This document shows, in pieces, positions 1 through 9,645 of a DNA stretch of 64,000 nt. The notes below the pieces were generated by a model, which saw nothing but the letters and a program-made list of their open reading frames with translations, was not told the DNA's origin and searched no databases. Within the stretch, counting starts at the first letter, position 1. Each line of letters begins with the position of its first letter. This DNA comes from Ignavibacteriales bacterium (lineage in GTDB: Bacteria > Bacteroidota > Ignavibacteria > UBA10030 > SZUA-254): positions 2,745 to 66,744 of the forward strand of contig JACRFD010000070.1 of assembly GCA_016218025.1 (NCBI GenBank), in the 5' to 3' direction. A program made the position numbers and the translations under genes.

Positions 1-1316
1 AGTTTTTAGAGAAATACTCAGGTGCATGTCTCTTTGTTACGCACGATAGACATTTTCTTGACTCGATTGCAACACGGATTATTGAACTTGCTAATGGTGT
101 CTGTTACTCGCACACCGGTAATTATACCGACTTCATGCTTGATAAGGCAGAGCGTGAATCGCAATTAGAGACTGAAGAAAGAAAAAGAAACCGTTTCCTG
201 CTCCGCGAGCTTGAATGGGTGCGCAAAGGACCGCGGGCACGGAGAACCAAATCGAAAAGCCGGCTCAGCAAATATTTTGAAGTGGTTGAGAAGAAGGGGT
301 ACGAGCAGGAAGCGGAAGTTGAATTGATTATTCCGCCTGCATCGGTTCTTGGCTCTAAAATTCTGAACTTGAAGAATGTCGGGATTGAGCTTGGTGGTAA
401 AAAGCTATTCAGTAAAGTGGATTTCAATTTCGTCAGGACAAGGAAGCTTGGAATCATCGGTCGCAATGGACTTGGCAAAACCACACTCCTTAAAATCATA
501 CTCGGTCAGTTGGCTCCTACGGAAGGTCATACCGAAGTAGGTGATAGAACAATCTTTAACTACATCGATCAATCACGTTTGGCGCTTAACGATGATAACA
601 CAGTCTTACAGGAAATTGGAGAAGGCAACGAGTGGATTATCTTTGGCGAAGAGCGTATGACGGTGTGGAAATACCTGCGGCGTTTTCTGTTTGACGATGA
701 CAGAATGCAGACGAAGGTGGGGAAGCTCTCCGGTGGAGAACGGAGCCGGCTCTTATTGGCAAAGATATTGAAAAAAGGAGGTAACTTTCTGATATTAGAC
801 GAACCGACAAACGATCTTGACCTTGCAACTCTACGAGTTCTCGAAGAAGCGCTCTCAGCATTCGATGGCTGTGTTATAGCGGTGAGCCATGATAGGTATT
901 TCCTGAACCGTGTGTGCAATGGTATTCTTGCCTTTGAAGGAAACGGATATGTACATTTCAGTGAAGGTGATTACGATTATTACTTAGAGAAACGTAACGC
1001 CCGTTTAGGAGAAGCAGAGGCGAAGTCCGCTGAAGTAAAACATCCCGACACACAATTGAAACCGCAGACCAAAAAACTGAAAAAGAAATTAAGCTGGAAA
1101 GAAGCAAAAGAACTTGACACTATTGAGCAGGATATTATACGGGCAGAAGAGGATGTGGAACGGATTGAAGCAATTTTCTCCTCGCACGATTTCTACGACC
1201 AGCATGGGGAGCATACGGTGAAATTGACTAAAGAACTTGCTGTGGCAAAGGAACAAATTGAGCGTCTCTATGTTCGATGGCATGAGCTTGAGGAATTACG
1301 GACGGGAATGAAATGA
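1..1316 (+). CDS. ABC-F family ATPase (Uup/EttA-like), 5'-truncated by the window edge
   Basis: The frame is open from nt 3 ('FLEKYSGACLFVTHDRHFLDSIATRIIELANG', the end of a first ABC domain). The second ABC domain has Walker A 'GRNGLGKTT', signature 'LSGGERSRL', Walker B 'FLILDEPTNDLD' and H-loop 'VSHDRYFL'. It ends in a charged coiled-coil tail. Confidence 0.85.
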   Translation, partial: FLEKYSGACLFVTHDRHFLDSIATRIIELANGVCYSHTGNYTDFMLDKAERESQLETEERKRNRFLLRELEWVRKGPRARRTKSKSRLSKYFEVVEKKGYEQEAEVELIIPPASVLGSKILNLKNVGIELGGKKLFSKVDFNFVRTRKLGIIGRNGLGKTTLLKIILGQLAPTEGHTEVGDRTIFNYIDQSRLALNDDNTVLQEIGEGNEWIIFGEERMTVWKYLRRFLFDDDRMQTKVGKLSGGERSRLLLAKILKKGGNFLILDEPTNDLDLATLRVLEEALSAFDGCVIAVSHDRYFLNRVCNGILAFEGNGYVHFSEGDYDYYLEKRNARLGEAEAKSAEVKHPDTQLKPQTKKLKKKLSWKEAKELDTIEQDIIRAEEDVERIEAIFSSHDFYDQHGEHTVKLTKELAVAKEQIERLYVRWHELEELRTGMK

Positions 1317-1537
1317 ATCTACTTGTGAGACGTTCGCAATGAGTACACACCTTTAAGGTACCAATTTGGCACCTTAAGATGGAGTGAGTATGTAGGAATA
1401 CGAAAGGAAATGCGATAGTGTAGTTTGCAAATCGCAATGGCATTTTTTATTTTGATGCAGGATCATCAAAAGTTGGAATTCCAACATAAACTTATTGATT
1501 AAGTATGATTATACATTAAACGCGAACTGGAGAATGG

Positions 1538-2239
1538 ATGCCAAAACATAAACAATTAACTCTTGTAACATTTAAGAAAAAATTTGTAATAGTTAGAGAT
1601 AAGGGCTGGATAGCCTCCAAGAGAAAGGGACCAACAGGCATTGGGCAAACATTAGAATCTTATCTTGGCATGAAAGAAAATAATATCGCTTTGCCAGACT
1701 TAGGTACAGTAGAGTTAAAAGCGCATCGCATTGGTTCATCGTCAATGATCACACTCTTTACATTTAACAGAAAAGCGTGGAAGATGAACCCACTGAAAGC
1801 TATTAAAAAGTATGGTACACGAGATGCTAATGGAAGATTAGGCATGTATTTTACTATGGCAAAAACTCCAAACAGTATGGGTTTATTCCTCCATATTGAC
1901 AAGACAACCATTTCAGTACGACATATTTCCGGAGAAATTATTGCTGAGTGGCAATTAGAAACATTGGCTGAGAGGTTTGCAAAGAAAATTCCGGGTCTTG
2001 TTCTCGTGAGCGCATTTAGTGAAATGCGTGGAGATGTCGAGTGGTTTAAATACGATCGTGCGCAGTTACTAACGGGAACATCTCCGAACATTATACATAA
2101 TCAAATTAGTGCAGGAAACATTCTTGTTGACCTCAGACTACACGATAAGGGTACGTCAGCAAGAAACCATGGAACTGGATTCAGAGCTACCGAAGACAAA
2201 CTTACTATGTTATTTAATAATATATCGGAATTGACGTGA
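1538..2239 (+). CDS. Type II restriction endonuclease, MvaI/BcnI (MutH-like) family
   Basis: The blocks 'GIGQTLESYLGMKENNIALPDLGTVELKAHR', 'LVLVSAF' and 'ILVDLRLHDKG...RNHGTGFRA' occur in the order I recall for BcnI/MvaI. The stop overlaps the start of the adjacent methyltransferase. Confidence 0.7.
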   Translation: MPKHKQLTLVTFKKKFVIVRDKGWIASKRKGPTGIGQTLESYLGMKENNIALPDLGTVELKAHRIGSSSMITLFTFNRKAWKMNPLKAIKKYGTRDANGRLGMYFTMAKTPNSMGLFLHIDKTTISVRHISGEIIAEWQLETLAERFAKKIPGLVLVSAFSEMRGDVEWFKYDRAQLLTGTSPNIIHNQISAGNILVDLRLHDKGTSARNHGTGFRATEDKLTMLFNNISELT

Positions 2240-3639
2240 GGAAATTACAACAGTTAAGCTTCCTTGAAGAACCGATCGCACCAGAGATAGATGAATGGAC
2301 ATTTAACGGCGCATCAACTCGTGAATTGACGCATTGTTACCACGACTATCCTGCAAGGATGATACCGCAAGTTGCAGAGAAATTGATTAATCTGTACGGT
2401 CGAGATGCAAAAATGCTCTTTGATCCATACTGTGGAACCGGAACATCACTTGTCGAAGGTGTAATTCGCGGCATAGATGTTATAGGCACAGATATTAATC
2501 CACTCGCAGGGATGATCGCACAGGCGAAAACTTCTCTGCCCGATTTTTTTGTCTTGGATAATAGTATCAGGCATTTTAATGATTTCGTTTTACGCTCACA
2601 ACCAATCAGACTAGAAAAGCCACCATTTATCCCAGGTATTTCAAAGATAGAATTTTGGTTCAAATCCCAAGTTATTGAGAAGCTGCTACGCTTAAAGATT
2701 TTCATTGATACATTGGAAGACGATGAGGTTCGGCTTTTCTTTAAAATTGCTTTCAGCGAGACCGTTCGAGAGTCGTCGAACACGAGAAATGACGAGTTTA
2801 AATTGTATCGGTATGAACCAGAAAAGCTAAGGTTGTTCAATCCAAACGTGTTTTCTACGATGTCGTTAAAGTTGAAGAGAAACAGACTTGGCTTAGAGAG
2901 ATTTGCTGACCTCATGAGTCAATTCAAAAATTTCCCAACAGCAAAAATATATGGTTTCAACACAGTCGATGGAATACCAGAAGAATATCTCAAGAAGAAT
3001 AGTGTTGATATTGTTGTAACTTCTCCTCCATACGGTGATTCGCAGACAACAGTAGCTTACGGGCAATATTCCCGACTATCTGCGGCTTGGCTTGGACTTG
3101 AAGAGCCAGAGGGAGTCGATAGAAAATTGATGGGTGGTAAGATACAGAAGAAAATACCCCGACTTCCCAGCGAACAACTTGTTGACACTATAGAATCAAT
3201 TTCTCAAAAAGACTCAAAACGTGCTCTTGAAGTTGCTTCATTCTACCATGAATTGTATCAGTCGGTTACAAATATTGCTCAGGTTATTAAACCGGGTGGA
3301 TTTGCTTGCTATGTTGTGGGTAATCGTAAAGTGAAAGGCACTGTTCTTCCAACCGATATTGCTATTAGGGACTTTTTCTCGGCGTTAGGATATGAGCATG
3401 TTGATACCCACCATAGAATTATTCCAAACAAGCGAATGCCACTTAGAAATAGCCCAACAAATGCTACTGGCGTGCTTGAGGAAACAATGACACGAGAGTA
3501 CATAGTGATTTTGCGGAGAAAACGTATGGGCATAGTTTCGGAAAAAAAATCTATCTATCATGTTTCATCTAAAAGAAAGGAAAGTAAATTACGTAAGAAG
3601 AAAGCTGTTATAAGAAAAACCAAACGTCAGGAACGGTAA
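2236..3639 (+). CDS. DNA amino-methyltransferase (N4-C or N6-A), cognate methylase of the R-M pair
   Basis: GTG start overlaps the upstream TGA (GTGA at 2236-2239). AdoMet motif I is 'FDPYCGTGTS' with 'GTDINP'. Motif IV 'TSPPYGD' lies about 200 aa downstream. A Lys/Arg-rich tail closes the protein. Confidence 0.8.
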   Translation: MRKLQQLSFLEEPIAPEIDEWTFNGASTRELTHCYHDYPARMIPQVAEKLINLYGRDAKMLFDPYCGTGTSLVEGVIRGIDVIGTDINPLAGMIAQAKTSLPDFFVLDNSIRHFNDFVLRSQPIRLEKPPFIPGISKIEFWFKSQVIEKLLRLKIFIDTLEDDEVRLFFKIAFSETVRESSNTRNDEFKLYRYEPEKLRLFNPNVFSTMSLKLKRNRLGLERFADLMSQFKNFPTAKIYGFNTVDGIPEEYLKKNSVDIVVTSPPYGDSQTTVAYGQYSRLSAAWLGLEEPEGVDRKLMGGKIQKKIPRLPSEQLVDTIESISQKDSKRALEVASFYHELYQSVTNIAQVIKPGGFACYVVGNRKVKGTVLPTDIAIRDFFSALGYEHVDTHHRIIPNKRMPLRNSPTNATGVLEETMTREYIVILRRKRMGIVSEKKSIYHVSSKRKESKLRKKKAVIRKTKRQER

Positions 3640-3649
3640 GGAACACTGA

Positions 3650-3748
3650 TTGCTCAAAGAAATCCTAATCCAAAACTTACGCGTTGTATTTGTCGGAACA
3701 ACCGTATTGGAATTGCTTGAATTTGTCACCTTCAAACTAACCATATAA
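3650..3748 (+). pseudogene. Truncated 5' fragment of a UDG-family gene, paralogous to the start of the 9646 gene
   Basis: By hand alignment, nt 3651-3713 are about 90% identical to 9647-9709. The fragment reads 'LLKEILIQNLRVVFVGTTV' versus 'MLKEILIQNLRVVFVGTTV'. ATG is replaced by TTG, and the frame diverges and stops after 32 codons. Confidence 0.7.
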
Positions 3749-3953
3749 AAACCCTCCCAACCACACGCGTTACATAAAAAACACTCTTTACAAAATTAAG
3801 CTGCAGATTAATTTTACGTTCGTCTTATTTTTCAAAACTTATTTCTAAAGCCGCCGTATATAGGGGACGGTAGTGCTGTTGCTTGATTATTCGGATTTTT
3901 TAATCCTAAATGCCCGTATACTTTGATGAACGTATCTATGAAGTGGAGAAGAT

Positions 3954-4427
3954 ATGGTAAGATTAAAGATTTTATACATCATTTTGTTTTTATCTATTTG
4001 CTCATGTTCACGACCGACCGAAGATAAAAATATCGATAGAGCGGCAGTTGAGAACACAATCAACGCTTCTATTGGCTGGGCAAAAAATAAAGATTTTAAA
4101 TTGCTCTACAGCATCATATCCAACGATTCAAATTACATCGAGGTCGATCCCAATCCAGGACTTATACGGGGATTCAACGAATTCAAAAAGAACGAACCAT
4201 TCTGGAACAGTCCCAATTTCAAAGCGATCAGATACGACATCCGCGATCTGAAAATAAATCTTTCCGAGAGGGGAGACGTCGCCTGGTTCTATTGCATCCT
4301 CGACGATGTGAACGAGTGGAAAGGAGAACCGGCAAACTGGCTGAACACCCGGTGGACAGGCGTGCTCGAAAAACGGAACGGAAACTGGATCATAGTGCAA
4401 ATGCATTTCTCGTTTGCCAAATCATAA
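3954..4427 (+). CDS. Lipoprotein, NTF2/SnoaL-like (DUF4440-like) fold
   Basis: Lipobox-type signal 'LFLSICSCS'. The C-terminal 'RWTGVLEKRNGNWIIVQMHFS' is typical of NTF2-like domains. A GGAGA lies upstream of the ATG. Confidence 0.5.
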   Translation: MVRLKILYIILFLSICSCSRPTEDKNIDRAAVENTINASIGWAKNKDFKLLYSIISNDSNYIEVDPNPGLIRGFNEFKKNEPFWNSPNFKAIRYDIRDLKINLSERGDVAWFYCILDDVNEWKGEPANWLNTRWTGVLEKRNGNWIIVQMHFSFAKS

Positions 4428-4509
4428 CTCAACTTACCGTCAAGAGATATGATAAGCGTATTAGAATTACATCTAATATTTTAAACAAAAATCAATAAAA
4501 GGGGAAATC

Positions 4510-5997
4510 ATGAAAAAAAGAATATTACATGAAACAAGTTTGCTGGCTGCATTGCTCTTATTATTTTGCGCATGCAGTGGTCTGGCGCTAAACTATAACG
4601 AAAGTGCAAGTGATACCGGGATATCGAATACCAAAACACAAAATGACAGTATCAATCCTGTTAATGTATTTGAGCAGGTGTGGAATCTGCTCAACACCAA
4701 TTATCCTTATTTCGAACAACGAGGCATCGACTGGAATGCACTTCATAAAGTGTACGCCGCTAAAATTTCTCCGACTTCAACGGAAGAAGAGTTGTTCAAT
4801 ACTCTCAGCAATATGCTGGAACATTTTAATGATGGACATATTAATCTGGAAGCCGGAAAAAAGAGATTCTGCTCATTAGTTAAAGTAAATCCCAAAATGG
4901 AAGATTTTAGTTGGAAATTAGTAATCGATAAGTACCTAAATAAGAGTTATAAGACAAGCCCCGATAGCATGTTTTTCTACGGGTGGTTAACAGATGAAAT
5001 CGCCTATATGCGCATACGACGATTTCCCACTAAAGAGGTTATAGAAAAATATATTGATACCATTATCGGAGAGTTAGCGAAAGCAAAAGGAATAATATTA
5101 GATATACGGGGAAATCCGGGTGGAAACGGTTTTGGGGTAGCAGCACTCGGCAGCCGATTTGCGGATAGGAAAAGACTTTACGAAAAAAATATTAACCGCA
5201 TAGATCAAAGTAAAACTTACACAAGCCCTACATATCATTATGTTGAACCACTTGGACCTATTCAATATAAAGGACCCGTTATTCTTCTTCAGAATGTTTA
5301 CTCAGAGTCAGGTTCAGATGCCTTTGCTCTCGCAATGCGAGTACTCCCGAACGTGACATCTATTGGGGAGAATACTGGCGGTTGCTTTGCTACATACTAC
5401 CCGGAAAAGCTTATTAACGGATGGACACTATCAATGCCCTTCAGCTATGTAGTTGACCAGAACGATTTTTGTTGGGAAGGAATGGGCGTTCCACCTAACA
5501 TTCGCAAATTAAACACGAAAGAAGATATTGCAGCCGGTAACGACAAGGTTCTTGAATTGGCTATGGATATATTGAAAGTCGACGGACATATCCGAAAAGA
5601 AGCAAGCGGAAGTTTGAAGGAAATGAAGATTTCCCTCATCGACCAGTTTGTAGCCACGTGCAGCGCCGGGGGAGTTCAGAGTGCTGTTGCTCAATTGGAG
5701 AAATCACGGAAGAATAATCCGGATGGAGTTTATCTAAGTATTCAGGAATATGGACTCGCTTTCAAGAAGTTTAATCAAAATGAAAAGATGGATGAGGCAT
5801 TCGCGTTGCTCGAATTTGGTCTCACTGCTTTTCCCGACGATATCAACACCTTGTATTATCTGGCAAGGTTTTATGAGACAGTAAAAAAGCAACCGGAAAA
5901 GGCAAAGCCCCTATACGAAAAATTGGCAACACTGAAACCCAATTTCCCATGGGAACGGCCCTTTGTTGCTGCAGCAGAAAAATCATTGGGGAAATAA
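4510..5997 (+). CDS. S41-family (tail-specific-protease-like) peptidase lipoprotein with a C-terminal TPR-like tail
   Basis: Signal/lipobox 'LLLLFCACSG'. S41 core motifs 'IILDIRGNPGGN' and 'YSESGSDAFA'. Helical TPR-like C-terminus. Confidence 0.75.
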   Translation: MKKRILHETSLLAALLLLFCACSGLALNYNESASDTGISNTKTQNDSINPVNVFEQVWNLLNTNYPYFEQRGIDWNALHKVYAAKISPTSTEEELFNTLSNMLEHFNDGHINLEAGKKRFCSLVKVNPKMEDFSWKLVIDKYLNKSYKTSPDSMFFYGWLTDEIAYMRIRRFPTKEVIEKYIDTIIGELAKAKGIILDIRGNPGGNGFGVAALGSRFADRKRLYEKNINRIDQSKTYTSPTYHYVEPLGPIQYKGPVILLQNVYSESGSDAFALAMRVLPNVTSIGENTGGCFATYYPEKLINGWTLSMPFSYVVDQNDFCWEGMGVPPNIRKLNTKEDIAAGNDKVLELAMDILKVDGHIRKEASGSLKEMKISLIDQFVATCSAGGVQSAVAQLEKSRKNNPDGVYLSIQEYGLAFKKFNQNEKMDEAFALLEFGLTAFPDDINTLYYLARFYETVKKQPEKAKPLYEKLATLKPNFPWERPFVAAAEKSLGK

Positions 5998-6115
5998 TTA
6001 TTTATAGGAATCCGAAAAGACCGTAACTATATGTAATCATGAAGCAGCAGTATTTATTTAGGTGCTAAAATGTAGTTCGAATCAAAGTTATTTAATAATT
6101 CTGATAAGGATAATT

Positions 6116-7624
6116 ATGAGAAGATTAGTTTTTCTAATACTTACTTTTATTACAACTAACTATTTACATTCACAGCAAGATGGTGAAGATATTTCTTTGG
6201 GAAAATATCGTGTGTTGCGCTCAGAGATTCTCAATGAAGATAGAACACTCCTAATTGCTTTACCGGACGAGTATGAAAATTCCAACCTTTCCTTCCCTGT
6301 GTTATATCTACTCTACGGTGATCAGGTGAAGGGATATTTTGTAGAAGCAGTCAATATTATAGATCGCCTCAGTGGAGCTGGTGAAATACCGCCGTTCATT
6401 ATTGTTGGTGTAGCGAATAAAGACAGGTACCGTGACTGTCTTCCCCTACAGCAAAACGGTACTCCGGGTGGTGCAGAAAAATTTCTGAGATTTCTTAAAG
6501 AAGAGCTAAATCCATTCATCAAATCAAATTATCGGACTAAGCACTTTAATTTCCTCGCGGGTCCACAAGCAGGAGCTGCGTTCGGTCTGTATTCGCTCCT
6601 TGAAAAATCTGACCTTTTTGGCGCACTCATCGTAACAAATCCGTTTTGGACAGAATATACACGCTCATATTTTCTTGAGCGAATGGAAAAATATATTCGT
6701 TCAGACTCTATTCAAAAGAAGTTCCTGTTTATCACATACTGGGATAGAGAAGGCTGGCAAGATCATCGTGGGGCGGTTGAAGCATTAAATAATTTTTCAG
6801 GATTATTCAACAAACAAAAATCCACAGATTTTGTTTTGCACCTCAATTACATCCCGGACAATAAAGATTTTGTCCCCCCAATCGGTTTGAAGGAAGGATT
6901 GCGGAAGTATTTTCAAAATTATAATCCCTCAAACTATTCAGAACTGAATACACTTTCGGATATTCAAAAATATTACCTTGCTCTTTCGAAAGGGTACGGT
7001 TTCGAGGTTTATATCCCAGAGATGATATTGGTTCGCAAAAGCGATGACTTACAGAATAGTGGAAATTTGAACGAAGTCAGGAACATCCTTAATCATATTC
7101 TTCATACTAATCCCATTTCATTAAATGCCTTGTCTAGAATGGCCAGCCTACACAGAACGCTCGGGGAATACGATAACGCAATTAATTATTTTGAAATGTT
7201 TCTTAAGGTTAGAAAAGAACCATTCTTCGAGCGGCAGCTCCAATTATTGTTAAAGTTCAAAGAAGAATCGGCGGTTTACATCTTAGAACCGATTCTAAAT
7301 TCTTCAGGGATTGAAGCTGTGCTGCTCAAGCATCGTGAATTGAAAAATGATCGACAGAATAAAAGAAAGTTTGACGAAAGAGAATTCAATTCCTGGGGAT
7401 ATCGGTTATTACAAAGAAGTGAAAGCGAAAAGGCAATAGAAGTGTTTAAATTGAATGCGGAGCTCCACCCGGAATCTGCAAATGTGTACGACAGTCTAGG
7501 CGAAGTATACATGAAAGCCGGTAACAAAGAACTTGCTATAAAGAATTATGAAAAATCGCTCGAACTGGATCCAAACAATGAAAATGCAAAAAAGACGATA
7601 GATGAGTTGAGAACGAAGAAGTAA
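6116..7624 (+). CDS. Secreted esterase-family alpha/beta hydrolase fused to C-terminal TPR repeats
   Basis: I prefer the ATG at 6116 (AAGGA 6 nt upstream, signal-like 'MRRLVFLILTFITT') over the track start at 6062. 'FPVLYLLYGD' and 'IIVGVAN' match putative-esterase (PF00756-like) blocks. The TPR tail reads 'NVYDSLGEVYMKAGNKELAIKNYEKSLELDPNNENAKK'. Confidence 0.7.
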   Translation: MRRLVFLILTFITTNYLHSQQDGEDISLGKYRVLRSEILNEDRTLLIALPDEYENSNLSFPVLYLLYGDQVKGYFVEAVNIIDRLSGAGEIPPFIIVGVANKDRYRDCLPLQQNGTPGGAEKFLRFLKEELNPFIKSNYRTKHFNFLAGPQAGAAFGLYSLLEKSDLFGALIVTNPFWTEYTRSYFLERMEKYIRSDSIQKKFLFITYWDREGWQDHRGAVEALNNFSGLFNKQKSTDFVLHLNYIPDNKDFVPPIGLKEGLRKYFQNYNPSNYSELNTLSDIQKYYLALSKGYGFEVYIPEMILVRKSDDLQNSGNLNEVRNILNHILHTNPISLNALSRMASLHRTLGEYDNAINYFEMFLKVRKEPFFERQLQLLLKFKEESAVYILEPILNSSGIEAVLLKHRELKNDRQNKRKFDEREFNSWGYRLLQRSESEKAIEVFKLNAELHPESANVYDSLGEVYMKAGNKELAIKNYEKSLELDPNNENAKKTIDELRTKK

Positions 7625-7663
7625 AATATTAAACATCACATGTGAAAAGGCAAAAAGAAGAAG

Positions 7664-9544
7664 ATGACAACAAAAACGACATTCACAAAACCAGACTTTG
7701 CAAGCGTAGCGGCTATTATAATATATTTGATGGCATTTAAAGTTATCCTTCATTTATTATTACCCGAGTATGGATACCATAGAGACGAATTTTATTACAT
7801 CAGTGTTGGAGATCAATTCAGTTTTTCCAATTTAGATATGCTGCCACTTTCTCCTCTGTATTTAAAATTCATTACACTTGTATTTGGTTACTCAATAAAG
7901 GCGATTCACCTGGCATCATCGTTACTCGGTGCTGTTTCACTTTTATTGACCTGCTTGATGACAAAAGAATTGGGTGGGAATAAATATGCCATCTTCTTGG
8001 CTGGAGTATTTTTCCTCTTTTCCGGATTTACAGTTTTCGGTTCGCTCTTCACTTATGACAGTATTGACTTTTTAGTGATTGTGACAGTCCTCTACCTGCT
8101 GGTAAAAATTTTCAAAACCGATCATCAGAAGTTATGGCTGTATGTCGGTGCGGTATTAGGTCTGGGCCTAATGAATAAATTGACCATTCTGTTCTATGGA
8201 TTGGCTATATTTGTTTCGCTATGGCTGGTCCCCCAAAGAAAAATATTTAAGACAAAGTACATTTGGATTGCCGGAATAATTGCACTGTTATTTCTAACGC
8301 CTTATCTGCTCTGGCAATCCAACAATAACTGGTATTTTCTGGGATTTGCCGCAAGCTATGCTGGAGGTATCTCCTATCTCGCGTCCTTTCCGGAATTTGT
8401 CTGGAACCAGATATTGCCCAATAATCTCATCGCGCTGCCAGTCTGGTTGACAGGTTTAATCCTGCTGCTTTTTTCTTCGCGATGGAAGACATACAGGTTC
8501 TTCGGGATCATGTATCTGTTCCTGTTCTTACTGTTCTACGTGATCGGTGCGAAGCTGTATTTCTTGTTTCCGATGTATCCGATCCTTTTATCGATAGGTT
8601 CCATGAAGCTGGAGGAAAAAATCAGTAATTTGGCAAGGACCAGGATCGCCGTTCCGATTGTTTACGTGCTTCTCAGTCTGCCCTTGCTACCAATGTGGGT
8701 TCCCCTGCTGCCGGTAGAGAGATTCATCGATTACGCTAAAATGTTTGGTGTCGATGCCGGCGTGCGATATGAAAACCTGAGATTGAATCAGCTTCCTCAA
8801 CATTTTGCCGACAGGTTCGGGTGGGAGGATCTCGTACGACAAATTTCAGAGGTGTATCACAAAATACCACAGGAAGAGAGGATAAACGCCGGAGTGTTGA
8901 CCAGTAACTGGGGAATAGCAAGTGCGGTTCATGTTTATAAGGAGAAATATGATCTGCCGGAACCGACGTCGGATGCCGGTTGGTATTACTACGAGTCACT
9001 CCGTCGGAACAGTTATAAGAATCATTACGTATGCGTCGGATATACGGAGGGAACACTGCGGCACTTATTTCAATCGGTCAGTAGGGAACGGATCTTTACT
9101 CATCCCTATTGCATGCCTCACGAAAATAATCGGCCGATATTCTTATGCATGAATACCAGGGTGGATATTGGTCAATATTTTAAGGTGGAACAACATATTG
9201 ATCCGGAGTTCTTAACGATCATGCGAAGGGATGGTCCTCAAAAAGCGATCGAGTTTTATAGAGAACGAAAATCCGCCGACTCGAGGATTCTCCTATTCAC
9301 GGAAAATCAAATCAATTCGATTGGATATTGGTACCTTGGAAACAATATGGAAGATGAAGCACTTATCGTGTTTACATTCAACGTAGAGGAATACCCCGAA
9401 TCATTTAATGTCTACGACAGCCTGGGCGAAGCTTATATGACAAATGGTGACACCATGCAAGCCATCGTGAATTATGAGAAATCTTTACAATTAAATCCGG
9501 GAAATGATAATGCCAAAAAGATGCTTGAACAACTACAAAAATAA
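7664..9544 (+). CDS. GT39/ArnT-like polytopic membrane glycosyltransferase with a C-terminal TPR module
   Basis: About 11 predicted TM helices. An N-terminal 'YHRDEFYY' loop resembles the PMT/ArnT family. The tail 'NVYDSLGEAYMTNGDTMQAIVNYEKSLQLNPGNDNAKK' is homologous to the esterase tail. Confidence 0.6.
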   Translation: MTTKTTFTKPDFASVAAIIIYLMAFKVILHLLLPEYGYHRDEFYYISVGDQFSFSNLDMLPLSPLYLKFITLVFGYSIKAIHLASSLLGAVSLLLTCLMTKELGGNKYAIFLAGVFFLFSGFTVFGSLFTYDSIDFLVIVTVLYLLVKIFKTDHQKLWLYVGAVLGLGLMNKLTILFYGLAIFVSLWLVPQRKIFKTKYIWIAGIIALLFLTPYLLWQSNNNWYFLGFAASYAGGISYLASFPEFVWNQILPNNLIALPVWLTGLILLLFSSRWKTYRFFGIMYLFLFLLFYVIGAKLYFLFPMYPILLSIGSMKLEEKISNLARTRIAVPIVYVLLSLPLLPMWVPLLPVERFIDYAKMFGVDAGVRYENLRLNQLPQHFADRFGWEDLVRQISEVYHKIPQEERINAGVLTSNWGIASAVHVYKEKYDLPEPTSDAGWYYYESLRRNSYKNHYVCVGYTEGTLRHLFQSVSRERIFTHPYCMPHENNRPIFLCMNTRVDIGQYFKVEQHIDPEFLTIMRRDGPQKAIEFYRERKSADSRILLFTENQINSIGYWYLGNNMEDEALIVFTFNVEEYPESFNVYDSLGEAYMTNGDTMQAIVNYEKSLQLNPGNDNAKKMLEQLQK

Positions 9545-9645
9545 AAAGTATTACATCATCGAAGAGTTGAGACCGAAGTAAAATGACCTATAAAAATAAT
9601 CCGGTAAAATATTAACCGAATTTTGTTTATATTAATACACTATTT

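Noticed and set aside
1353-1450. Terminator for the ABC-F gene (stems around ACCTTAAGG and GCGAT...ATCGC followed by TTTTTTATTTT)
   Set aside because: The stems are short and imperfect and several alternative pairings are possible. It is plausible but not supported well enough to annotate.
1660-2915. Minus-strand ORFs of 143 aa (1660-2091) and 189 aa (2346-2915) opposite the R-M genes
   Set aside because: They are antisense to ORFs with clear nuclease and methyltransferase motifs, and they have no motifs of their own.
6062-6115. N-terminal extensions in the ORF track: esterase at 6062, dapF at 23135, thioredoxin at 31929, DUF1579-like gene to 60119, FN3 gene at 62345
   Set aside because: Internal ATGs give proper signal peptides or conserved N-termini with an RBS. 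The extensions would overlap a terminator (23135), an upstream gene (60119) or non-coding leader sequence.
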